Below are positions 29,109 through 37,216 of a DNA stretch of 64,000 nucleotides, piece by piece (within the stretch, counting starts at the first letter, position 1; every line of letters starts with the position of its first letter). Both the position numbers and the translations under genes were made by a program. Where the stretch lies: assembly GCA_965601925.1 (NCBI GenBank), contig OZ271854.1, positions 3,712,001-3,776,000 on the forward strand. Direction: 5' to 3'. A model generated the notes under the pieces. The model was not told the origin of the DNA. It made no database searches and saw only the letters and a program-made list of their open reading frames with translations. This stretch comes from Alkalispirochaeta sp. (GTDB lineage Bacteria; Spirochaetota; Spirochaetia; DSM-27196; Alkalispirochaetaceae).

Positions 29109-29326
29109 TAGGACCAGTTGTACACCACGAGACGAAACTGAGCGTTACTTCTTGGGGTCGAGAGCCCACGTATTACCGTGAGGCTTGCGGAATCTACCGC
29201 CGCCATACGGCGCAAGGGAGTTCCGAGAAACCGCCTGATGGCGGCGACGCGTCCGGGTCGGCCTATCTGTTCCATCGCACCGATGTTAACGGCTGAGACA
29301 GCGGCACCAAACTCACCGCGTCCTGG

Positions 29327-29857
29327 TCAAGGTCGCAAGAACGCCGCCATCGCATCCTTGAACTGAGTCGCCGCCTCATCCGAGGAAAACACGCTCGTTG
29401 GGATCACGATCGCCATGATCGAGCTGATGTAGTAGTAGAGGTAGCGATCGGTCTGCACCATCCGCGTCGTGAATCCCGGCGCGTACTCCGTCGTTCCGTG
29501 GTCGGTTGTGACAGTCACGGTGTTACCGGTGACGGTAACGACTTGGCGGCCGGTCATGCCCGCGTTCGAGTCTTCGCTCAGTAACTTTGTCACCTGTTTT
29601 CGGAGCGTTGCGTAGTAGACGCCGTTGTAGATCGCAGCGCATACGAAGCCGCCGGCGGTGAAGGCGATCCCAAGCGTGAGGTTCCAGCGTGCCGTCGCGA
29701 CCACAAACAGGACCGCTCCAATGGCAACAAATAACGCGAACACCGCCCACCTCGCGATCGTTCGCGTGCGTCTGGAGGCCTTCGAGTGGCGATGATGGTA
29801 GAGGTTGAAGTTTACGATGTCTTCGTCTTCAAGGACGTATTCAATCGTCGTGCTCAT
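29327..29857 (-). CDS. YcxB-family membrane protein
   Basis: Two TM helices; C-terminal YLYYY....AIVIP..F. Confidence 0.8.
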   Translation of the reverse strand: MSTTIEYVLEDEDIVNFNLYHHRHSKASRRTRTIARWAVFALFVAIGAVLFVVATARWNLTLGIAFTAGGFVCAAIYNGVYYATLRKQVTKLLSEDSNAGMTGRQVVTVTGNTVTVTTDHGTTEYAPGFTTRMVQTDRYLYYYISSIMAIVIPTSVFSSDEAATQFKDAMAAFLRP

Positions 29858-29889
29858 CGTGGTTGCACTCGAAAAGGCTGGACAAACGA

Positions 29890-29937
29890 TGGGCGATACT
29901 GGATTTGAACCAGTGACTTCTACCGTGTGAAGGTAGC
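29890..29937 (-). other. 3' half of tRNA-Val(CAC): attachment-site duplication
   Basis: Minus strand CTACC-TTCACAC-GGTAG anticodon arm, GGTTCAAATCC T-arm, ATCGCCCA acceptor side; no D-arm or 5' acceptor. Confidence 0.85.
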
Positions 29938-30310
29938 AGTCAGGAAAACGCCTGCGTATCTCCAGCGATCAATAACGATCATAAGTATATACCATACAGT
30001 GAGTTGTAGCAATCATGAGCGATCAGTTTGTATCAGCATGTATCAGGCCATATTCAAAAAACAGGTCACAAATTGGGTCACAGTTTTTTGGGGGTGGGGA
30101 GGGACGTTGTCTGCCGATCCGATACAGCCTTTGCCCGGCGCCATGAACGCCGTTGTTCTGTTAGCTCGACTGTAGGTCCAACCAACATCAATGTCGCTTG
30201 CCTGCTCATTCGCGTCTGCCTCGAGGACATTGCCATAGACTCTCAGTAAAGAACATAACATAATTAGTAATGTTACAATCAGCTTTTTAACCAAAAACCC
30301 AAAAAAAAGA

Positions 30311-30339
30311 TTGCAAGATGGGTTAATAATGAATATGAT
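30311..30339 (+). promoter_or_regulatory. Sigma70-type promoter of the RiPP operon
   Basis: TTGCAA-17-TATGAT with upstream A-tracts. Confidence 0.7.
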
Positions 30340-30370
30340 GTAACTAAATCATATTGTGAGGAGGCTAGAG

Positions 30371-30583
30371 ATGAGTAAAGCTAATATCTCTATTCATACG
30401 ATCAAAAACCCCTTGATCGGATCGCAATCAGTGGCTTACGAGGCACCAAAGCTCGCGAGGCTCGACCTCGCCAAGTTTTGCACTGTACTCACGGCATGTG
30501 GTTCCGGACTTCTGACCAACAGGGAGGTCGGGGGTAACTCATGTGACCGCGGAGGGAGCTCCACGGATTCGATCCGTCCGTAG
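30371..30583 (+). CDS. RiPP precursor peptide (70 aa)
   Basis: GAGGAGG RBS; YEAPKL (YxxPxL) leader motif; Gly/Ser/Cys-rich C-terminus; precedes RRE gene. Confidence 0.8.
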   Translation: MSKANISIHTIKNPLIGSQSVAYEAPKLARLDLAKFCTVLTACGSGLLTNREVGGNSCDRGGSSTDSIRP

Positions 30584-30590
30584 TCTGCTC

Positions 30591-30624
30591 AGATGGGTGG
30601 GCTTCAAACGCCTGCCCATCTTTG
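30591..30624 (+). terminator. Stem-loop after the precursor
   Basis: AGATGGGTGGGC / GCCTGCCCATCT 12-bp stem (2 G-U) with short T tail. Confidence 0.65.
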
Positions 30625-30651
30625 TTCGTCTCTTTACCCCGAGGTAAAACA

Positions 30652-30945
30652 ATGCGATACGAGTTTAACTCCCGAGATTACATTGTTCGGCAACTGCTGA
30701 ACGAACAGGTGATCGTGCCTTTAAGTGGCGAGCTTTTAGAGATGGATCAGATGTTGGTCCTCAACGCGACTGCCGCTGCTGTTATCTCGGCTACACAGTC
30801 TGAAACGGAGATTTGCACCTTTGAGCGCATTGTCGAACTGCTGCGCAACGTGCACGAGAACGTCGACAAGAGGCAAGTGCAAAGTGATGCCAAAAAGTTC
30901 ATAGATGAGTGCGTAGCTAATGGAATCATCCTTGAACACACCTGA
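30652..30945 (+). CDS. PqqD-family RiPP recognition element (RRE)
   Basis: VIVP, LNATA, D...FI.E....GII pattern; 97 aa. Confidence 0.85.
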   Translation: MRYEFNSRDYIVRQLLNEQVIVPLSGELLEMDQMLVLNATAAAVISATQSETEICTFERIVELLRNVHENVDKRQVQSDAKKFIDECVANGIILEHT

Positions 30946-32014
30946 CGTCGCGGTAGAGACGGCTGGCGAAGTCGACTCCGACTTCATACGGTTTGTGATA
31001 CGTAACATTGAGGGACGGCAAAGTACGCTTCATTTGTTGGTAGAGATCACGCGCCGTTGCAACTTTCACTGTCTTCACTGCAACGTCGTTCAGCGCCCTG
31101 AAACCGTCACGCTCCCGGAGGCGTCAAAGGATAAGCTTCTATCTCAGATCAGCCGGTATGAGGATCAGGCAGTATTTTTGACTTTGACCGGCGGCGAACC
31201 GCTGATACGCGCGGATTTCAACGAGATCTGGGGCTCCTTGTGGGATCGCAAGCGTTTTGTGATGGGTTTGTCGACAAACTTGTCCGCTTTGGATACTTCC
31301 GCGTTGGAGTTGCTCGAGGCTAAGCCACCTCATACCATCGACGTGACATTGTACTCGTGGTCAAACAAGGTTTTTGAACAAATTTCGGGAAACGATCGGT
31401 ACGACTACCGCACAGTGTATCGAAACATCGACCGAGTCCGCGCGAGGGTCCGTACCAACGTTCGCGCTCGGATCCCAATCATGAAGCAGAACATTCACGA
31501 GGTCCGCACGATCAAGCAGTACTGCATGGAGCACAGGATCCCGTTCTCGTTTCTCTGGGTTTACTATCCGCCAAACTCAACCATGCCGCTTAAACACTTT
31601 CTACCGCCCAAACGACAGATGTTGCGAATGGTTAGTGAGTTAGTGTACGGCAAAATGAAAATTACCGACGCAGTCGATACGGAACTCAAGGCAATCGCAG
31701 CCACGGATCTGCGGCAACACTCGTGTGCCAAGAATCATCAAGTTTGCATCAACCCGGCTGCGGCCTCTTATCGATGTATGCTTTCGCCGGATGGACTAAC
31801 GCCTAGGACGGAAAGCCATCAATCGCGTCGGCGCGCCAAGGGCGGGACCGGAAGGCGGTGGGGCGACACAACGCGATGTCGAAGTTGCGCGGCCAGGGTC
31901 TTATGCTCGCTTTGCGACATCAAGTTTCGTGCGCTTCCCAGTAGCACGCTGCGTTACTATTGTTGGATATTTAAGCGTTTGTACAGCGCAAACCGGTCCC
32001 GTGCTCATGGCTAA
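30920..32014 (+). CDS. Radical SAM/SPASM maturase 1
   Basis: CNFHCLHC, TGGEP, C-terminal CRSC.....CSLC. Confidence 0.9.
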   Translation: MESSLNTPDVAVETAGEVDSDFIRFVIRNIEGRQSTLHLLVEITRRCNFHCLHCNVVQRPETVTLPEASKDKLLSQISRYEDQAVFLTLTGGEPLIRADFNEIWGSLWDRKRFVMGLSTNLSALDTSALELLEAKPPHTIDVTLYSWSNKVFEQISGNDRYDYRTVYRNIDRVRARVRTNVRARIPIMKQNIHEVRTIKQYCMEHRIPFSFLWVYYPPNSTMPLKHFLPPKRQMLRMVSELVYGKMKITDAVDTELKAIAATDLRQHSCAKNHQVCINPAAASYRCMLSPDGLTPRTESHQSRRRAKGGTGRRWGDTTRCRSCAARVLCSLCDIKFRALPSSTLRYYCWIFKRLYSANRSRAHG

Positions 32015-33044
32015 CAGGACCTTGCTATGGGCTCGCTTTGCTCTGACCCCGTTTTGCAACTTTCAATGCGAACACTGCTATGTTGGCGCGCGGTTCCCAA
32101 ATGCGACGGGGCGGCGGCAACTCAGCACGGTTGAAGTTGAAAGTGTATTGACTCAACTGTCAAAGACGAGCTGTTTGTTTGTTTCCATCACCGGCGGCGA
32201 GCCTTTGCTTCATCCGGATTTCGAACGCATCTGGAGGCACGCTTTTCGGTCGGGTCTTCGCCTTAACCTATTTACTAACGGCTCGTTGATCGATGATTCA
32301 CATTTCTCGTTATTTAAGGAGTGTCCGCCTCATTCGATTCAGGTATCTCTATACGGGCATAGCGACGAGGCCTATCGGTTCTTCACGCGTTGTCGGGGAA
32401 TGTCGGAACGCGTGTTGAATGCCATAGAAAGTCTATGCGCCGGCGGATTTTCGGTCACCGCTAGGTTCGTGGCTTCTAATATCACCGCGAAAGAAGCAAA
32501 AGCGTCGCGGAACCATTTTTCCAGACTCCCGGGCGTTCGCTGGCTTCCACATCCAGTTCTGGATCCGTGTATGAGTGGCTGCGGCACTGATCCAAAGAAG
32601 ATCCGGGTAGGTCTGGATGAATCCATTGAGATGCTGTTGGACGACCCCGATGCTCGACAGCAGCTATTGAACGACTATGACAGCCGTTCGCTGCCGAGAA
32701 GCACGGAGTGGTACCATTGCTCCGCGGCCGATTTCTCCGTCGCTATCGATCCATTCGGCGGCTACAGCTTCTGCGATTACTCGATAGGTGACTTGGGTCT
32801 CAATATTCGCGACGTAGATCTGTCGACCGGGTTCAACTCGATCATTCCTGACTGGATCGCGCGCGAGAACGCACGTAATCGAAAACCATCACAGTGTATG
32901 GGTTGTGCCGCACGGGTGTTTTGTAAGAACTGCCCGCAAACTGCCAAGCTTGAATCCGGCCGCGACGGCGTAAATGACTATTACCATCAGTTCGCTTGTG
33001 CTCTTTACGATAGGCTTCGGGCACTGGACACGGCGAATGGCTGA
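32007..33044 (+). CDS. Radical SAM/SPASM maturase 2
   Basis: CNFQCEHC, TGGEPLL, FTNG, C......IDP.G....C, CMGC.....CKNCP. Confidence 0.92.
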   Translation: MANRTLLWARFALTPFCNFQCEHCYVGARFPNATGRRQLSTVEVESVLTQLSKTSCLFVSITGGEPLLHPDFERIWRHAFRSGLRLNLFTNGSLIDDSHFSLFKECPPHSIQVSLYGHSDEAYRFFTRCRGMSERVLNAIESLCAGGFSVTARFVASNITAKEAKASRNHFSRLPGVRWLPHPVLDPCMSGCGTDPKKIRVGLDESIEMLLDDPDARQQLLNDYDSRSLPRSTEWYHCSAADFSVAIDPFGGYSFCDYSIGDLGLNIRDVDLSTGFNSIIPDWIARENARNRKPSQCMGCAARVFCKNCPQTAKLESGRDGVNDYYHQFACALYDRLRALDTANG

Positions 33045-34002
33045 AGGTCAGTGGAAGCTACGGGCACTGCTGCCCGAACCCGAGCCTTCCCTTCGTGCAA
33101 TACTCCAAAGGCGCCCAGAGCGCGTTGTCGTGTTTTCGACAACACAGCGGTTCCGATGGGCGATTCACGACGGAAGCCGCTGGCGAGAGACGAGCTTCTA
33201 CCGCCATAATGACGAGTTGCGTGGCGTGTTGCACCACACGCGGATCGAGGAAGATAAGTGCTCCTGGTGCCTTTTTGAAGGTGTTGTTGGGCCGCAGGTT
33301 CCGGCAGCAGCAGGCCGATGGAGTTCAAATGCGGTCGATTTTATGTCGACCACCACCACGGCCGCCTGGGCAACGTTGGGAAGCGAGCCGGTAAATCTTA
33401 AGCGTCTTCACTTTCGCACGGCCGATCGGATCGGCGGAGCGGTTGGAACGATCCCTCGCGCACTGTCCGACTACTCCAACTTGCGTTTTGTAATCACGAA
33501 CGGAACTACGCACGAGGAGTTTGTAACATCGTCGCTCACGCCGGTCTCGGATCAATGGTTCGCAGACCGTTTGACACCTGATCTGTTCGTCTCGTTATGC
33601 GACTGGAATCTCATGCGACCCAATGAGTTGTCCAGCGATACGATCTGCAGAATCGGCCGCCTCGGGCGAGCGATGAGTGTTGGTGCCGAGTTCGAGTACA
33701 TTGATTGCTTACCTGCCCGTTCGGTGATCCGTGCGTTCTCAAAACACGAGATCTGGGAGTGGTCCGGATCAGATCGATTCGGGCTTGGAACGAGGTGTTG
33801 GATCGCCCTCCGCGAACCCGACTTGATCGCGAGTGTGACACCCGAGCTGCTGGCTGCTGGTGCCCTCACGCCAATCGGCAGTGTGGCGAGATTGTTGGAC
33901 GCGTTGTGCGGTTCGGACGAGTTCCCGGTTGGATTTACGTTAGGCGGTACGGTTGGAGTGATCTTCAGTTTCGATACCATCTTTTCTAGAGATGCGGGGT
34001 GA
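33037..34002 (+). CDS. Unknown protein in RiPP operon
   Basis: Overlaps both neighbours; no motif recognised. Confidence 0.65.
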   Translation: MAEGQWKLRALLPEPEPSLRAILQRRPERVVVFSTTQRFRWAIHDGSRWRETSFYRHNDELRGVLHHTRIEEDKCSWCLFEGVVGPQVPAAAGRWSSNAVDFMSTTTTAAWATLGSEPVNLKRLHFRTADRIGGAVGTIPRALSDYSNLRFVITNGTTHEEFVTSSLTPVSDQWFADRLTPDLFVSLCDWNLMRPNELSSDTICRIGRLGRAMSVGAEFEYIDCLPARSVIRAFSKHEIWEWSGSDRFGLGTRCWIALREPDLIASVTPELLAAGALTPIGSVARLLDALCGSDEFPVGFTLGGTVGVIFSFDTIFSRDAG

Positions 34003-34372
34003 AGACATGAACACGGCGGTCGCCAACTATGAGGAACGTGGGATACGCGAGTACGCGAAGTTACTGCATCAGTGTATTTCTGACTTCGGGCGCGTTCGCA
34101 TGATCGCGTTCGGCAACAGCATGAAGCCGACGATAAGCAATCGTGACATACTCATCATTGAGTCTTGTAAGTTTGATTTTTTGAAAGTTAATGATATAGT
34201 GTTTTTTGTTCAAGCTAATTATAATATTCACAAAATACATAGAATTATACACAAGTATCAAGATTTCTTAATTGCAAAGGGCGACAACTGTGTACAAGAA
34301 GACATTCCAGTTCGACCCAACGAGATCGTTGGTCTTGTTGTCAAGACATACTCGGCAGGGACAAAGACGTGA
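33992..34372 (+). CDS. Soluble S24/S26 (signal peptidase I-like) peptidase
   Basis: GNSMKP, DIV, IHRII, KGDN; no TM; start may be 34007. Confidence 0.85.
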   Translation: MRGEDMNTAVANYEERGIREYAKLLHQCISDFGRVRMIAFGNSMKPTISNRDILIIESCKFDFLKVNDIVFFVQANYNIHKIHRIIHKYQDFLIAKGDNCVQEDIPVRPNEIVGLVVKTYSAGTKT

Positions 34373-35520
34373 TCTTCGCAAGAATTGTCAATCACGCGGA
34401 AGCTCTACCCTTATGGCTTGCGCGTATGCGAAGAAACGATCCGTGCACCGTAATTCACGTTGACAAGCACTCTGACATGAGAGACCCGCTCAGCGAGGGA
34501 ATAAACTGCGGTACTTTTCTGCTAGCTGCGTTGCTCTCCGATCTGCCCATCCGCAAGGTTTGCTGGCTGTACCAGCCGGGCTTCATTCACGAGACATCGC
34601 TTGCCGTTTCGCGCGACGCACAGGACAGGTTCTGCAAACGGCTTTCGTCTCAGTTCGGAGGTGTCTCAGTTTCCACCGCTGGTGAAGCAACAGTGTTTGT
34701 GTTCGGTGGCAAGAAGATCGTCATCTTGCCGGTTTGGCACTTCAGCAGTGTTATGCGTGACGCGGCGTCCGACCCACAAGTCATAGTCGATATAGATTTG
34801 GACACTTTTGTGCGGAGTAACGGCGATCTCATACCAGAGATTGCCGGGCGTTCGCTTCAAGACGTAGTCGATGTCTGTGCTGCGAATCGCGATCAACTCG
34901 ATATTGTAACCCTCTGTACTTCTTCCGACTCTGGTTACTTCCCTTCATACTTTTCGTTTGTATCGGACTATGTGGAGAATGGCATTAAGAACACGACTGA
35001 CGCCCCACCCGGAGATCTTCGGCAAGTCGACTGGGAGTACCGGGCGGTCTCCAACACTGCGTCCGCAGAAGATCTCAGTGACGCGTTATCGCGGGCAGCA
35101 ACGCCACTATCCCACTGCGGGACTCTTATCAAGATCGAGCTTTCGCAATGGCTTCGACACGAGTCAGCACCTATTGAACCTGCGACGCGGCTCTTGGTCC
35201 AAGAACTGCCGCTGGGGTTGCGTCGGACAATGGGCTTTGGGTTTTTTCACGATCGAGAGGGGGGCACGCGGCTTGCCCTTCGAGCAGTCGTTAACAGCCT
35301 CTCAGTGGATCCCAACAACCCTTTCTTGATCCACAAGGCTGCCCAGCTTGCCAATGCGTTACTAGCACAGTTTAAGCAAACACAGTGTCGCGAAGGCACG
35401 AAATACAGTTTGGACGACTTTATTCATGATGGCTGGCAGGAAGACCCAGGGCTTTGGCAGTGGTACTTCGATGAGCTGTTGCAACAAGCCGCAATTGCGG
35501 GGGGACGAAATGCGGGCTGA
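34369..35520 (+). CDS. UPF0489/arginase-fold protein (putative peptide arginase)
   Basis: NHAEAL..W, IHVDKHSD, INCGTF, VDIDLDTF, S.GY. Confidence 0.72.
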   Translation: MIFARIVNHAEALPLWLARMRRNDPCTVIHVDKHSDMRDPLSEGINCGTFLLAALLSDLPIRKVCWLYQPGFIHETSLAVSRDAQDRFCKRLSSQFGGVSVSTAGEATVFVFGGKKIVILPVWHFSSVMRDAASDPQVIVDIDLDTFVRSNGDLIPEIAGRSLQDVVDVCAANRDQLDIVTLCTSSDSGYFPSYFSFVSDYVENGIKNTTDAPPGDLRQVDWEYRAVSNTASAEDLSDALSRAATPLSHCGTLIKIELSQWLRHESAPIEPATRLLVQELPLGLRRTMGFGFFHDREGGTRLALRAVVNSLSVDPNNPFLIHKAAQLANALLAQFKQTQCREGTKYSLDDFIHDGWQEDPGLWQWYFDELLQQAAIAGGRNAG

Positions 35521-37216
35521 TCTAAATGGAGTCCAAGGTGAAAGGCTGTTCTCACTCCTTGAGTTCATACGGAATGCAAAGTCTTTGCGGCTTTTCCTAA
35601 CGGTTAGCCTACAGTTTATGTTTCTTATCGGGGTTTCCGTCGCAGCGTCGATGGTATTCGACTATGCATTTGTGCATGCCAACCGCTCGATGTTACTCCG
35701 CGCCTGCGCTCTCACGCTTGTCTTGTACTTTTGCTATGCTGTTGCGGACTATTTCTACAACCGGGTTGCGTTAACGGCAATCCATGAGTCTTTTGCGTCG
35801 ATCCTGCGGTCGCGTCTGTTGAGCGGCTTCATTAACGCGCCTTCATCGGCCTTTCATCAAATGTCCAGTGCCGAGGTGTCGAAATCGCTGACTACCGAAG
35901 TCAACCAGTACGCCGACTCTGTTCATCTGGTGGTTTCAAGCGCTGGCCAAGCGGTGCCGTTGGTTCTTGGCTTGGTTTACCTGTTGACTATTGCTCCGGT
36001 CTTAACCGTAGCGTATGTAGTAATCGGTCTCTTGCCGATAGTGATTATCGGTTTGTTGGCGAACAAGGAAGCAGAGTTGTCTTCACACCAGATTAAAGAG
36101 TATCGCCAACTCGCCGGTTTCTTGGAAGACGCAGTCGCTGGGTACACGGATATTCATGGTTTGAACCAGGTCGACAGTTTCGTTCGTACATTTGGAACTA
36201 CGAGCCGCAGGTTCGTTGTTCGTCGATTTCTTCGAAAGCAGAACATTGGTTCGGCCATCAACGCAGTTGGCTCGTTTTTCACTCGGATCGTCCCGTTGGT
36301 TGTTGCGGTCTGCTGGGCCCACCTGGAACTGTCAGACGTACAACCGGCGGACCTGGTAGCTTTTGTTTCTCTAACAATGTTGATGCCCTCGCTTACCGTA
36401 CTGGCGATATTGCGTCAGTCGCTTGTACGCTACCGCGTTCACGCAACGCACATCAAAGCTCGTCTAAAACTAGATCGCGAACTCTTCGGCAGTGTGGTAC
36501 CGACAACCGGTTCGGTCGAGTTCGCGGATGTTACGATTCGATCTCGCAACTCGACCATTGTTGCGGGCGTGTCGCTCTCAATTGAGGAGGGTGAAAAAGT
36601 TGCGATCTGCGGCCCGACGGGAGTTGGCAAAAGCCTCTTGCTGAACTGCCTGTACGATCCGGTCAGCGTTGAAGCCGGCGAAGTCCTGCTTGGCGGCGTC
36701 GATGCCAACGACGTCGATTGGAGTCAATTTCGCCGTCTTATCGCGTACGCCAATGACTCGCCGTTGATCCTCGACAGAACCGCGCTTGCCAATCTGTGCT
36801 TGGGCGTCGACATGCCGGCTTCTGAAGTGATCGCACGCATCACATCGATGAACCTCGGTGATGTAACTCGCACGATAATCGATGACGAGCATCAGATCGG
36901 ACAAGACATGCTCTCCACCGGAGAACGGCAAGCTCTCGGAATCTGCAGGGCGCTGCTGCGCAGATCGAAGTTGCTTTTGCTCGACGAAGCAACCGCCGCA
37001 CTGTCCTCCGATCTAGAACATGCACTCATGCATGAGGTACACAAATCTAACTCAACTGTCCTCTGTATCTCACACCGGATTGAAACAATTAGATCAATGG
37101 AAAGGCTCGTGTTGATTGTGGATGGTGGGATCGCGTTCGATGGTGACATGTCCCGCGCTCAAACGGTTCCCGTGGTCAACGAGTTTCTCAACGGAAACCA
37201 GGTGGTGAAATCGTGA
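35510..37216 (+). CDS. ABC exporter, fused permease-ATPase
   Basis: TM domain; GPTGVGKS, LSTGE, LLLDE, SHR. Confidence 0.9.
   Translation: MRADLNGVQGERLFSLLEFIRNAKSLRLFLTVSLQFMFLIGVSVAASMVFDYAFVHANRSMLLRACALTLVLYFCYAVADYFYNRVALTAIHESFASILRSRLLSGFINAPSSAFHQMSSAEVSKSLTTEVNQYADSVHLVVSSAGQAVPLVLGLVYLLTIAPVLTVAYVVIGLLPIVIIGLLANKEAELSSHQIKEYRQLAGFLEDAVAGYTDIHGLNQVDSFVRTFGTTSRRFVVRRFLRKQNIGSAINAVGSFFTRIVPLVVAVCWAHLELSDVQPADLVAFVSLTMLMPSLTVLAILRQSLVRYRVHATHIKARLKLDRELFGSVVPTTGSVEFADVTIRSRNSTIVAGVSLSIEEGEKVAICGPTGVGKSLLLNCLYDPVSVEAGEVLLGGVDANDVDWSQFRRLIAYANDSPLILDRTALANLCLGVDMPASEVIARITSMNLGDVTRTIIDDEHQIGQDMLSTGERQALGICRALLRRSKLLLLDEATAALSSDLEHALMHEVHKSNSTVLCISHRIETIRSMERLVLIVDGGIAFDGDMSRAQTVPVVNEFLNGNQVVKS

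Noticed and set aside
29890..29965. Intact tRNA-Val
   Set aside because: D-arm and 5' acceptor strand are absent
30043..30294. Minus-strand 83-aa ORF with a signal-like start
   Set aside because: Non-ATG start, no clear RBS, runs through att arm repeats; cannot be supported
30371..30583. Precursor as a lipoprotein (LTAC-GS lipobox)
   Set aside because: Cys is residue 43 and the preceding segment is charged, with no h-region
30652..33044. PQQ biosynthesis
   Set aside because: No pqqB/pqqC and no ExxxY core in the peptide
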